Assembly (NCBI GenBank): GCA_964057225.1
Contig: OZ059895.1
Coordinates: 12,958,001 to 13,022,000, forward strand
Direction: 5' to 3'
Source: Auanema rhodensis
Lineage: Eukaryota > Animalia > Nematoda
Length of the DNA stretch: 64,000 bases
In this document: positions 36,099-47,257 of the stretch, piece after piece
Layout of the letters: each line of letters opens with the position of its first letter
Position numbering within the stretch: the first letter of the stretch is position 1
Notes under the pieces: model-generated
Database searches by the model: none
The model's input: the letters and a program-made list of their open reading frames with translations, nothing else
Told to the model about the DNA's origin: nothing
Made by a program: the position numbers and the translations under genes

Positions 36099-37347
36099 CC
36101 TTCCTTTTGGACAGGATCTCGTAAAGGAACTCAAGCGCTACCGTCTACATCTCTTATTCAGTTAAAAATCTTATCTCTCTCTTAAAGTTAGCTTATAATA
36201 TTTTCTTAAAAACTCTAAAACTTTTCTATTAAAAAATTATATCCAAAACTCTTCACAAAAACTCAGTTTTCTATTCATTATATTCTCATAAATCATTTTC
36301 AATTATTCATAAGTGTACCTATATCATTTATCATTCTCTCTATCCAAAATCCTGTATACGAAAATTGTTCAAATTCAATAATTAACTTTTCTAAGAATTA
36401 TAAGTTTATTTTCACATTTTTTGAACAAAAATAGTTAAGTTCTTTATAAAATTAATTTAGAATTAAGAAATAAAAAGAAATATTGCTTCTATACCTCTCA
36501 ATCTTAATCATCTTATCATATTATCTCAATCTTCATCTTATCATACTATCTTAATCATCCTATCATCCTATCATACCATATTTTCATTATTTTCTTTATG
36601 TTCGTTTATAAAACTATTATTCTTATACTACTACACTGTATTCTCATAAACCCACCCCTTCCCCCCCCCCGTAATTTCATAAGCAAGAAATCCCGTGTTA
36701 AACACGACAGAAAAAATATTTATTAGGCGCAGCGTACCCAAATTCCGCTTACCTTAGCACCTGAAAAAAAAAAAAAACGAAAAATAATTAAATTAATCAA
36801 TAAGTTTTAACTCATACGCAAAAACCATCCCCCCTCGTTAAGAATAATGCCAGACACTCAAGAGACTCGAGCGGAGGCCGACACTCAGGATAAGACGTAC
36901 GCCCCATGAAATAATTAGAGAATTTTTGAATTGAAATCTGCCCCACATTGATATAAATAATAAGAGTGGTCTCGCCATCATAGAGTCAGGGAGCAGGATG
37001 CAGAAGGCAGCTGACATACCTGTGACTCAGATAGGTTAATGAGGTCTGGGAAAATGAAATGATTGCGAAAATTCTATTTTGTATCCTTGTCCCAAAAGAC
37101 TGGCGAACTATTAACTTTCATTTCATGCCTTTTTCACAATATAGAACTTGTCCCTTCGAAAAGGCACACTAGTTTCAAACCTGTGTTAGACCCGGACGAG
37201 CTATATTGGTAAAGAGATTACTTGCAAGACTAGCTACCTTCATAAGAATCGCGCACACAAACCCAACATTATTCTTTACGTTTTTCTATATATAAAATTA
37301 TTTTGGCACACGTTGGATATAACAAATTTCCTTACAGGATACCAACG

Positions 37348-40300
37348 ATGCTGCCCAATACTGGTCCAAAACCTCCGCTGGACCCTGCTGCCACTTCAAA
37401 TATTATAAGAAGAAAAAGACAACCGCCCGCAACATATTCTCCCCCCTCTGCAAAACAAGCGAAGTTAAGCATTAAAACAAAGTCAATGGTAATACATACC
37501 CCAAGACATCGCGGCATTCAAAAACAATTCACCAATCCCAAATCACATGAAAAAACGAAGAAACAAAAAACAGACATAGTCGAAAGAAACACCTTAGAAA
37601 AGAAAATTATCCCAAACATTAAACCTATTCCTAAAAACATAGCAAGCAAAGGGAACCCTCAAAACCCCCCAACCAACACCATACCAAATACAATCAACCC
37701 AATCAATCCTTTAATAGCCACCCCTAGAAGAAGCAATACACCAACCACACAAAAATCACCTACGCCCGCACTTTCTTCAACCACACCCGCAGTAAGCTCA
37801 TCCCCACCTCTACGAATCTCACCTTCATCCATTGATCATTCTACATCTGGGCATTCTCTATCTCCGTCTCTTCCATCGCAAACTAATCAAGCAAATACTT
37901 TTGTTGCAGAAAACAAGAGAATTAACCCAAGAATGGACCCAATGGACGAAGGCGCACCACTTACGCAAACCTCGGGAAGGGCACCTGTTCCAACACCTAC
38001 AATCATCCCTCAACCAGCAGCGATTCCGTCCGCCATACGCGATATAAAAGCTCCACGCTACGATGGAAAAACACCATTCAACCGCTATCTACTATACCTA
38101 GATGAACACTTCAACGCTACAAGAACAACTATGCCCGAACGTCTTCAAAGCATACAATTATTGCTAGAAGATGATCGAGCAAGAGAAGCGTACAGAAAAC
38201 TCACAACCGAAGATAAGCGACTTGGATGGGACCATGTCAAGAAGCGACTCTCAGAAATGATCACACCGAAAAAACAGAGAGAACGAGCAATGCACCGCCT
38301 ACATGGCTTGAAACAGTTACCAACGGAATCGGTACAAAGCTTTGCAACAAGATGTTCTAACGAAGCCTACTCGGCTATGGACATGAACAACGAAAGTGAG
38401 CTTAACATGCTCCGATCCACTTTCACCTGGGGACTAAGACCCGAAATAAGCGAACATGTTAGCCGTCTAGACCCACCAAACTTTGAGGAAGCTTACGAAA
38501 TGGCCTTACGAGAAGAACTCTTTATACAAAATAGACCACCATCGTTCGTCAACAATATGGAGAAGTCGTTCAACAACCTCAACATTCGAGACTCAAAGGA
38601 CAACAATCAATACCAGAGAAACGAATCTAAGGAATTCAAAGGAACCAAACCGATGTATAATGGCAATGGCAAACCACACAACCGATATCCGGACAGATAC
38701 AACAACCAATATCGGCCTCATCAACACCAATACAGGAACCATAACTCACGATTCTCTCAAAATAAGGGATCAAGACAAAACTACTTCAACAGATCACGGA
38801 ACAGAAGCCAAGAAAGACCATACTATCGAAACCGCGACCAAAACTATAGCGGACACAACAACCGGCGACAATCAAATAATCACGAACAATACCCCTCTCA
38901 ATACAATCGAAGCCAATACAACAATTATAGAAGTCGCCCGCGCAGCACCTCCAATGGACCGGAACGGTATAGAGAACGCACACAGAGCCCAGGAGTACGT
39001 TTTCAAGTCAACAACGTCACGGAAAACGAAGTACCGAACAACAAAAGAAAATCAACACCATTCCTACCCCTCTTTATCACAATTATCGCACTCATTATAA
39101 ACACATGCAGTGCAGAAACAACGTACCAGTTATGCACAGGAAACAGAGGAGGAATATATGTCGAGCCGCCATCTCCAACAGCTTGCCGATCCATCGCACC
39201 AACTAATAACCATATCCAGAAGACAACAGCAGAATTGTTCATCCAAAACCTACAACCAAAAGAATGGGAAGCATGGAAATGTGCAATTGAAACTTACCAA
39301 CTCTGCATTCACGACGTTTTCTTCATCAGAGAAACTAATGTCTCACTAGCAAAAGTTTCACCAACAACACTGCAAGAATGTTCGTCAGCTATTAAAGAAA
39401 GAATATTCAACGGTACCAACCTTCAAAGAGAAGCACCAGGACTCTATGGAACTCCATTCCCAGAGACAACCATTACTAATGGTATATGGAAACAGGAATG
39501 CGAACAACGTACCAGATTCATAGCTGAACGAGGACACATGACCAGCCTACAAGACAATACAGTACTCTCAGATATATTCATAAACGACAACGGATGCACC
39601 AGTGACAAAGGACAATGCCTAACCAACAACGCTCTCATCATATGGACCCCACCATCAGAAAAACATAGTTGCTCGTACACTTCATTAGGCTCTCACGAAG
39701 TTTTTATATCAGAAGACACCATATTGATTCCCGGAATTCAAAGTGCTTTTATTCTAAACAATAAAACACCGGAAAAAGAAGCCTCCTCATGCTTACAAAA
39801 AGATATATTTACTACAAATAGTGGAACTCTAATCTCCTTCAACTCAACCTCAAGCTTAGGACGATCAAGAAGACACGCAATCACGGAATACCCTAAAGGA
39901 TTCTTGACAGTTCATCAATACCCCTCGCTAAGATATTCAGCCAGCAAAACCGGAACTATTCTACTATATACAACCTATATTCAACGGAAAAGACTTGACA
40001 TCCATTACAATCTCAATAACATAACAAATATGTTACCTAAGTATATCGCAATCTTCAAATACCTAGGTATAAATTTTGATGTTATCAAAAATCGTCTTAT
40101 ATGGCACAAATATGAAGACGTCAACATAGCCATTCTACACGCCCTAGGAGAAGCAGAAATAAGAGAAGCAACAAAAATCGCGATCGATAATCTATCGTAT
40201 AAGGAACTTACGCATAAACTTAGCAAACGGATCACAATTAAGGATTTTAAGAAGATACTACCAACCAAAACAGGAGACTACTATGAAATCGCGAAAGAAA

Positions 40301-43300
40301 TTGCTTACTCACTTGCGGAAATACCTACTACGTTAGCTACAGGAGAAACAACACCATCTTTAGAAGAATACTTATATCAACTCATGCCACCAAGAAAACC
40401 AAGACTCACCAAGACACGAAACGATTTAGAACTGTACGAACAACTAGCACAAGCAAAAATTATCCTGAACGCAATAAATAATCCGAAGAAGCTACATTCA
40501 AAAGAAGAATACGAAGCAGAAATGAAGAAATGGATCAAATATGAAAAAGAACTGAACTTACCACCATTACAACTGCCAAACTACACAGTTATCTTCGATG
40601 GCGACGATATATTCTACGGCTTCCGGAAAAGAAATCCTACAAATTATAGCATTACACAAGAGGATAGTGAAAAATTTTATAATCATTATCTACCCCTTAT
40701 CAGTACTCCCGGAACACGACCTTTTGCAACCACAATTAGAAGCACTTCGACCCCCCTACAAACTACTACTACAACCACTACCACGACCCCTAAGCCTACA
40801 ACCATAAGGAACGTCATCACTTCGACAATCACACCCAAAACACATATATCCACAACAACTAGACCCAAACCAACAATACCCACGTCTTCATCAACTACTA
40901 CTACTACTACCACTACTACTACTACTACTTCTACTACTGCTAGACTCAGATCAACAACAACCACAACACCTACAACAACCACAACTATATTCACCACTCA
41001 TCGACCAACACAATCATTCTCCACCCCCCAATCTACATTCAATATTACTACAAACCCAATCACAATCACCTCAAGCCAGGAATACAATAGGAAAGAATCA
41101 CTCACCAAGTCACCGCCTCCAAGAACTACAAAAAGATCTATCACTACCACTCGCAGCACACCTGAAGAAATATCATCACATATTGGTAAGAAAGATCACG
41201 TAGACTACCTTAAAGCTAAGAACGATATCGTCCAAAAATGGAATGAACATCTTCATCAACAAGAAACGCAATCTCATCTACAATATGCCACTACCAATCT
41301 GGAAGATGATATCATACGTACGTTCACAACAAACAGAAACAACATCTGCCACGTACAAAATAAACAACTACTTACCTGGTGGGCTATTCTTCAAATAAAT
41401 CCTACTATAGGGATGCGTACAATGCTACGACGACAGGATATATCTGCAAGATTCATAAATGATAAACTAATTTATGTAATGCCATGCACACCAATTCAAA
41501 TTACAAAAACATACCGCGATCACAAAGTCAACAGCACGTGTTTTCTGGAAACCCCAGTCGAAACGGAACATCACGGCCAACTGTTCATCCTACCAGGTAC
41601 AAGAGACCTCACACCGATGGCACATGCCATACCATGCGGATTCACAATCAAGGATCCCTGGAAAGAAAACGATCAATGGACTAATAATAACCAATCAATA
41701 AATGTAACATCACCAGCATACATCGACGAGTTAGGATCAATCAACCTAGAACATATCAAGTTTAATGGAAGCAACATTTTCAACAACCTAACAGAATCAA
41801 CGTTTCCTATGGCACTAGCAATATCATATGGATCCAGCTTAGCAACGCTACAGGCTACTTTACCAGGAAGAATAAAACCTGTAATCAAACAAAGATTAAT
41901 TCCTAACATGAACCCTGTTACCCTAACAGCAGGAGCAGCCAGCAGCTTACTACTCAGCTACGAACATACAAAAGAAGCTATAACTTGGAAAATGTTTGAC
42001 TTTCTGTCACCAATATGGGAAAAGATTCAAACCTGGACACTACGCGTACTTGCTATCATTGGATCAATCATCATAACAATTGGCATAATCACACTCGCCA
42101 CCTGGATAATAAAAATATACGCATGTAGTTCAAGGATACCCATCAACAATGTCAAATGGGAAGCAGAATACTTACAACCACTATCAACTGAGAACACAAG
42201 AACAGAAACATCTCATCCTTCTCCGTCCGCTCCATACGTCGACAACCATCACAACAGCTGTCAACTCACATTGTATGATCCTTCAGCACCAATTCCTGAA
42301 CACATTTATGAAGCTTATTTCCCTACAAGCATGAAGAAAGAAAACATAAACTACATAGGAGGATCACAATTACCGTTTGTCCCAATTTCAATCCACAATC
42401 ACATCTTTAAGGCACTATGGGACACGGGAGCATCAGCATCATACATGCGAGAATCCACCTTCAAACAACTGCCCGCTGCAACGATGGTACTAAAACAAAC
42501 AACAGCGATAGTCGCGAATAAATCTAAATTCTCATTTATGGGATACACAAGGATCCTCATAACAATAGGAACAACAGAAACAGAACACAAATTTTATGTA
42601 GCAGAAGATAACTACTGTCCAGCACCAGTGTTACTTGGAATAGACTTCATGGAAGCATTACATCAACAAGGAATTTACACCTCACTTCGACCGCTGGATA
42701 AAACAATTGTTATCGGCACAACACATGTTCCACTAGCACGAGAAACATCTCCGTGGGAACACCAGACCACGAAAGCATATGTGGTTAGCTTAGAAAACAA
42801 AACGCTGAGACCAGGAGAAACAAGAACGCTCACGCTAGAAGTACACGATCCAGAAAGCTATGAACAGGCGTTTCTAGATTGTAAGAAACCAGGCAACAAA
42901 CTCTCTTTCACGCCTACTATATTTACGCCAACTGGATACGGAGTACAAATTTACGCGACGAATATATGCAAACAGCCACTCGAAATTCAAATGAATCAAG
43001 AAATAGGGATAGCAGAAGCGATACCAAAGGACAACCAAGAAAAATACGAAGGACAATACATACCTCCGGAAGCTCGATGGGAAGAGCAACTGCCATATTT
43101 TCCAGACAATTTCATCAATGAGCTTGACCTTTCAGAAGCCTGCTTCTCACAAATCGAACAACAGCAACTGAAAGAAATAATTTTACTACATAAACAAGCG
43201 TTTCTCAACGAAGATAGAAATATCGGACTCTTCCTAGGACCAATTGAACACTCCATTCCAATCATGCCAGGAAAAACACCATCATTCAAAATTACTTATC

Positions 43301-44595
43301 GTATACCACTCTCCCAACAAGAAGAAGTGGAGAAACAAATAGAAGAAATGCTACAACAAAGAATCATTGAACCATCAAACTCAATGACAACTAGTCCAGT
43401 AATTTTGGTGAAGAAGAAAGACAAAACTTACAGATTTGTAACGGACTTTCGAGCTTTGAATGCAATCACTCAGAAACAAGTATATGTTATATCAAACATA
43501 CAGGACATCCTAGATTTGGCCGCTGGAGCAAGGATCTTCAGCAACTTTGATTTAGTATCTGGATTTTTCCAAATACCTCTTAAGAAAGAAGATCGTCATC
43601 TTACAGCTTTCACAACAACAAGTGGAACTTACCAATATTGTCGAATGCCGATGGGATTATGTGGATCACCCCATACTTTTCAAAACGCAGTACGATACCT
43701 GCAATCAATGGTTAAATGCAAGCTATTCGTATATCTAGATGATTTACTGTTAATCTCTGAATCTACGACAGCACATTTAAAAGATATTGAAGAAGTTTTG
43801 GAAGCAGTAACTCAAATAGGATTCAAAATAAAACTGAAGAAATGCGCATTCGCAAGAAAGGAAGTAAAATTTCTAGGATACATAGTTGGACAAGAAGGAA
43901 TTAAACCGGACCCACATAAAATCAAGGCAATACAAGATTATCCCCAACCAAAATCAACAACAGGAGTAAGAGCTTTCATGGGAGTAGTAAACTACTTCAG
44001 AAGGTTCATAAAGAACGCTGCAGGAATAGCAACACCACTCTACAACCTCACTCGGAAAGACACTCCGTTCAAATGGACAGAAGAAGAAGAAATTGCTTTT
44101 AATACTTTGAAGAAAACATTGACTCAAGCACCTGTGTTACAAGCACCAATCCCGAAACGACCATATGTTATTGAAAGTGACGGAAGTATGATAGCAGTTG
44201 GCGCTGTACTACTTCAAGCGAAAGACGATCAAGAACCATTACATCCAATAGCTTTTGCTAGTCGGAAACTCAACAAAGCTGAAAGGAATTATCCACCAAT
44301 AGAAGTAGAAGCATTAGCTCTTACATTCGCCGTCAACCAATTTCGCACCTACATACTAGGAACAGCAACCAAAATTATCACGGACCATAGACCACTCACT
44401 AGTTTAATGACTAGAAAGGATTTAATAGGTCGTTTAGCAAAATTTCAAATTGTTTTACAAGAATACGATATTGAAATTATCTACAGACCAGGAAAATTAA
44501 ACAGTGTATGTGACGCATTATCACGATATTTTGAAGATGAAATCAACGAAGCAAAACCACCAGCTACGTCAACCGACTTTAGTTTAATCAAATAA
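37348..44595 (+). CDS. Gag-Env-PR-RT-RNaseH polyprotein
   Basis: Capsid-like region (RYDGK...LKQLPTESVQSF...GLRPEI) followed by an R/N/Q-rich NC-like tract. Then a signal peptide at ~39058-39114, a Cys-rich ectodomain, RSRR at 39862, a Thr-rich tract at ~40730-41160 and a TM at ~42046-42120. Protease DTGA at 42421, RT YLDD at ~43732, RNase H ESDGS...TDHRPL...DALSR. The first ATG (37348) follows a TTACAG acceptor. Confidence 0.92.
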   Translation: MLPNTGPKPPLDPAATSNIIRRKRQPPATYSPPSAKQAKLSIKTKSMVIHTPRHRGIQKQFTNPKSHEKTKKQKTDIVERNTLEKKIIPNIKPIPKNIASKGNPQNPPTNTIPNTINPINPLIATPRRSNTPTTQKSPTPALSSTTPAVSSSPPLRISPSSIDHSTSGHSLSPSLPSQTNQANTFVAENKRINPRMDPMDEGAPLTQTSGRAPVPTPTIIPQPAAIPSAIRDIKAPRYDGKTPFNRYLLYLDEHFNATRTTMPERLQSIQLLLEDDRAREAYRKLTTEDKRLGWDHVKKRLSEMITPKKQRERAMHRLHGLKQLPTESVQSFATRCSNEAYSAMDMNNESELNMLRSTFTWGLRPEISEHVSRLDPPNFEEAYEMALREELFIQNRPPSFVNNMEKSFNNLNIRDSKDNNQYQRNESKEFKGTKPMYNGNGKPHNRYPDRYNNQYRPHQHQYRNHNSRFSQNKGSRQNYFNRSRNRSQERPYYRNRDQNYSGHNNRRQSNNHEQYPSQYNRSQYNNYRSRPRSTSNGPERYRERTQSPGVRFQVNNVTENEVPNNKRKSTPFLPLFITIIALIINTCSAETTYQLCTGNRGGIYVEPPSPTACRSIAPTNNHIQKTTAELFIQNLQPKEWEAWKCAIETYQLCIHDVFFIRETNVSLAKVSPTTLQECSSAIKERIFNGTNLQREAPGLYGTPFPETTITNGIWKQECEQRTRFIAERGHMTSLQDNTVLSDIFINDNGCTSDKGQCLTNNALIIWTPPSEKHSCSYTSLGSHEVFISEDTILIPGIQSAFILNNKTPEKEASSCLQKDIFTTNSGTLISFNSTSSLGRSRRHAITEYPKGFLTVHQYPSLRYSASKTGTILLYTTYIQRKRLDIHYNLNNITNMLPKYIAIFKYLGINFDVIKNRLIWHKYEDVNIAILHALGEAEIREATKIAIDNLSYKELTHKLSKRITIKDFKKILPTKTGDYYEIAKEIAYSLAEIPTTLATGETTPSLEEYLYQLMPPRKPRLTKTRNDLELYEQLAQAKIILNAINNPKKLHSKEEYEAEMKKWIKYEKELNLPPLQLPNYTVIFDGDDIFYGFRKRNPTNYSITQEDSEKFYNHYLPLISTPGTRPFATTIRSTSTPLQTTTTTTTTTPKPTTIRNVITSTITPKTHISTTTRPKPTIPTSSSTTTTTTTTTTTTSTTARLRSTTTTTPTTTTTIFTTHRPTQSFSTPQSTFNITTNPITITSSQEYNRKESLTKSPPPRTTKRSITTTRSTPEEISSHIGKKDHVDYLKAKNDIVQKWNEHLHQQETQSHLQYATTNLEDDIIRTFTTNRNNICHVQNKQLLTWWAILQINPTIGMRTMLRRQDISARFINDKLIYVMPCTPIQITKTYRDHKVNSTCFLETPVETEHHGQLFILPGTRDLTPMAHAIPCGFTIKDPWKENDQWTNNNQSINVTSPAYIDELGSINLEHIKFNGSNIFNNLTESTFPMALAISYGSSLATLQATLPGRIKPVIKQRLIPNMNPVTLTAGAASSLLLSYEHTKEAITWKMFDFLSPIWEKIQTWTLRVLAIIGSIIITIGIITLATWIIKIYACSSRIPINNVKWEAEYLQPLSTENTRTETSHPSPSAPYVDNHHNSCQLTLYDPSAPIPEHIYEAYFPTSMKKENINYIGGSQLPFVPISIHNHIFKALWDTGASASYMRESTFKQLPAATMVLKQTTAIVANKSKFSFMGYTRILITIGTTETEHKFYVAEDNYCPAPVLLGIDFMEALHQQGIYTSLRPLDKTIVIGTTHVPLARETSPWEHQTTKAYVVSLENKTLRPGETRTLTLEVHDPESYEQAFLDCKKPGNKLSFTPTIFTPTGYGVQIYATNICKQPLEIQMNQEIGIAEAIPKDNQEKYEGQYIPPEARWEEQLPYFPDNFINELDLSEACFSQIEQQQLKEIILLHKQAFLNEDRNIGLFLGPIEHSIPIMPGKTPSFKITYRIPLSQQEEVEKQIEEMLQQRIIEPSNSMTTSPVILVKKKDKTYRFVTDFRALNAITQKQVYVISNIQDILDLAAGARIFSNFDLVSGFFQIPLKKEDRHLTAFTTTSGTYQYCRMPMGLCGSPHTFQNAVRYLQSMVKCKLFVYLDDLLLISESTTAHLKDIEEVLEAVTQIGFKIKLKKCAFARKEVKFLGYIVGQEGIKPDPHKIKAIQDYPQPKSTTGVRAFMGVVNYFRRFIKNAAGIATPLYNLTRKDTPFKWTEEEEIAFNTLKKTLTQAPVLQAPIPKRPYVIESDGSMIAVGAVLLQAKDDQEPLHPIAFASRKLNKAERNYPPIEVEALALTFAVNQFRTYILGTATKIITDHRPLTSLMTRKDLIGRLAKFQIVLQEYDIEIIYRPGKLNSVCDALSRYFEDEINEAKPPATSTDFSLIK

Positions 44596-44916
44596 AATAA
44601 GAAACTAGAATTCGAAAGCTTTTTTTATAAAAGATTCCACGGAATAAGGTGGAACGTAATTCTTTTTATACAAATTCATTCACTTTTTACATTCTATAGT
44701 TTGCTATATAAACCCGTAGAAAACACACTAAGGGAGATCTTCTATCATGTAGTTTTAGACTTTAACTTTACTTGTTTGTAGTTTATAACATTTCCTATTG
44801 TAGTTTTCACTATATAATAAAACAGTTGCTAATTTATCTACTTGTTGAACAATGAAACCCTTGCACAAAATCCATCTGAAACCCTAGTCGGAACCCTAGG
44901 GCAATCAAATGGAACG
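44555..44916 (+). repeat. LTR-like segment from a related but different element (5' boundary approximate)
   Basis: Contains TATATAAACC (~44705) and AATAAA (~44816). It shares the terminal motif GGAACC...GGG.AATC.AAATGGAACG with the 5' LTR, but the interior does not align by eye. Confidence 0.65.
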
Positions 44917-46082
44917 TGTTTTTTTTCCAATTTCATGTTAGTTATGTAATTTTCTACGTTACATCTAAATCCCTCGATGATATCAAATCTTATGAGATCC
45001 AAATACAATAATTTAAAAAAGGTTTCACAGTTGTATAGTGTTTAAACAATGTTTGTTTCAATAGGAAATAGATAGAAACAGTAATGTTAAGATGAAGGTT
45101 CATAAACTACTGGTTTATAACTGTAATATAGAAATAAGATTGAAGATATTTTGATGCCTTGGGTTGAGCTATCTAAGTAAAACTGCTGGAAAATTAAAAA
45201 CATTTGTTACGGAAGAGATAAAATTGAAAATCAGCTGCATGGCGTACTTTCAACGTGGTATGGTCGTAAGCGAAAATATCTGATATTCAATGATTTACAT
45301 ACTTATCCTCGTTATTGTTTTTTTTTCCAATTTCATGTTAGTTATGTAATTTTCTACGTTACATCTAAATTCCTCGATGATATCAAATCTTATGAGCTCC
45401 AAATACAATAAATTAAAAAAGGTTTCACAGTTGTATAGTGTTAAAACAATGTTTGTTTCAATAGGAAATAGATAGAAACAGTAAAGTTAAGATGAAGGTT
45501 CATAAACTACTGGTTTATAACTGTAATATAGAAATAAGATTGAAGATATTTTGATGCCTTGGGTTGAGCTATCTAAGTAAAACTGCTGGAAAATTAAAAA
45601 CATTTGTTACGGAAGAGATAAAATTGAAAATCAGCTGCATGGCGTACTTTCAACGTGGTATGGTCGTAAGCGAAAATATCTGATATTCAATGATTTACAT
45701 ACTTATCCTCGTTATTGTTTTTTTTTTCCAATTTCATGTTAGTTATGTAATTTTCTACGTTACATCTAAATCCCTCGATGATATCAAATCGTATGAGATC
45801 CAAATACAATAAATTAAAAAAGGTTTCACAGTTGTATAGTGTTTAAACAATGTTTGTTTCAATAGGAAATAGATAGAAACAGTAAAGTTAAGATGAAGGT
45901 TCATAAACTACTGGTTTATAACTGTAATATAGAAATAAGATTGAAGATATTTTGATGCCTTGGGTTGAGCTATCTAAGTAAAACTGCTGGAAAATTAAAA
46001 ACATTTGTTACGGAAGAGATAAAATTGAAAATCAGCTGCATTGCGTACTTTCAACGTGGTATGATCGTTAAAAAATTTGAAA

Positions 46083-46201
46083 AGCTTACGGCACCCGGGA
46101 TTCCCAAGCCGTCTCCGATCCAAGTACTAACCGGGCCCAACGTTGCTTGACTTGCCAGATCGGACGGGATGGCGTACTTTCAACGTGGTATGATCGTAAG
46201 C
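46083..46201 (-). rRNA. 5S rRNA
   Basis: Full copy on - (C9T variant). Confidence 0.93.
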
Positions 46202-46610
46202 GAAAATACCTGATATTCAATGATTTACATACTTATCCTCGTTATTGTTTTTTTTCCAATTTCATGTTAGTTATGTAATTTTCTACGTTACATCTAAATC
46301 CCTCGATGATATCAAATCTTATGAGATCCAAATACAATAATTTAAAAAAGGTTTCACAGTTGTATAGTGTTTAAACAATGTTTGTTTCAATAGGAAATAG
46401 ATAGAAACAGTAATGTTAAGATGAAGGTTCATAAACTACTGGTTTATAACTGTAATATAGAAATAAGATTGAAGATATTTTGATGCCTTGGGTTGAGCTA
46501 TCTAAGTAAAACTGCTGGAAAATTAAAAACATTTGTTACGGAAGAGATAAAATTGAAAATCAGCTGCATTGCGTACTTTCAACGTGGTATGATCGTTAAA
46601 AAATTTGAAA

Positions 46611-46729
46611 AGCTTACGGCACCCGGGATTCCCAAGCCGTCTCCGATCCAAGTACTAACCGGGCCCAACGTTGCTTGACTTGCCAGATCGGACGGGATGG
46701 CGTACTTTCAACGTGGTATGATCGTAAGC
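46611..46729 (-). rRNA. 5S rRNA
   Basis: Full copy on - (C9T variant). Confidence 0.93.
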
Positions 46730-47138
46730 GAAAATACCTGATATTCAATGATTTACATACTTATCCTCGTTATTGTTTTTTTTCCAATTTCATGTTAGTT
46801 ATGTAATTTTCTACGTTACATCTAAATCCCTCGATGATATCAAATCTTATGAGATCCAAATACAATAATTTAAAAAAGGTTTCACAGTTGTATAGTGTTT
46901 AAACAATGTTTGTTTCAATAGGAAATAGATAGAAACAGTAATGTTAAGATGAAGGTTCATAAACTACTGGTTTATAACTGTAATATAGAAATAAGATTGA
47001 AGATATTTTGATGCCTTGGGTTGAGCTATCTAAGTAAAACTGCTGGAAAATTAAAAACATTTGTTACGGAAGAGATAAAATTGAAAATCAGCTGCATTGC
47101 GTACTTTCAACGTGGTATGATCGTTAAAAAATTTGAAA

Positions 47139-47257
47139 AGCTTACGGCACCCGGGATTCCCAAGCCGTCTCCGATCCAAGTACTAACCGGGCCCAACGTT
47201 GCTTGACTTGCCAGATCGGACGGGATGGCGTACTTTCAACGTGGTATGATCGTAAGC
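47139..47257 (-). rRNA. 5S rRNA
   Basis: Full copy on - (C9T variant). Confidence 0.93.

Larger units (their letters stand above)
35664..44916 (+). mobile_element. Ty3/Gypsy LTR retrotransposon with in-frame env; integrase-less and chimeric at the 3' end
   Basis: 5' LTR starting TGTTAC, a PBS and a long ORF with Gypsy-type PR-RT-RH. It ends in a diverged LTR-like segment and has no TSD. Confidence 0.9.

Noticed and set aside
36847-36910. 20-codon uORF in the Gypsy 5' leader
   Set aside because: It is too short, with no supporting motif or conservation evidence available.
38483-39100. 205-aa overlapping + frame ORF in gag
   Set aside because: It has a TTG start, a composition explained by the A/C-rich strand and no recognisable domain.
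40686-40997. Val-rich 103-aa ORF on -
   Set aside because: It is the antisense shadow of the Thr-rich tract.
45110-45140. GGTTTATAACTG in the spacer as an SL2-like leader
   Set aside because: There is no CCCAG core, no AG|GT donor at nt 22 and no evident Sm site.
45965-47206. Repeated 61-64-aa ORFs (also 25223, 32011, 33037, 59321, 59994, 60922, 61577)
   Set aside because: These are chance frames across 5S/spacer sequence that recur only because the DNA is repeated.
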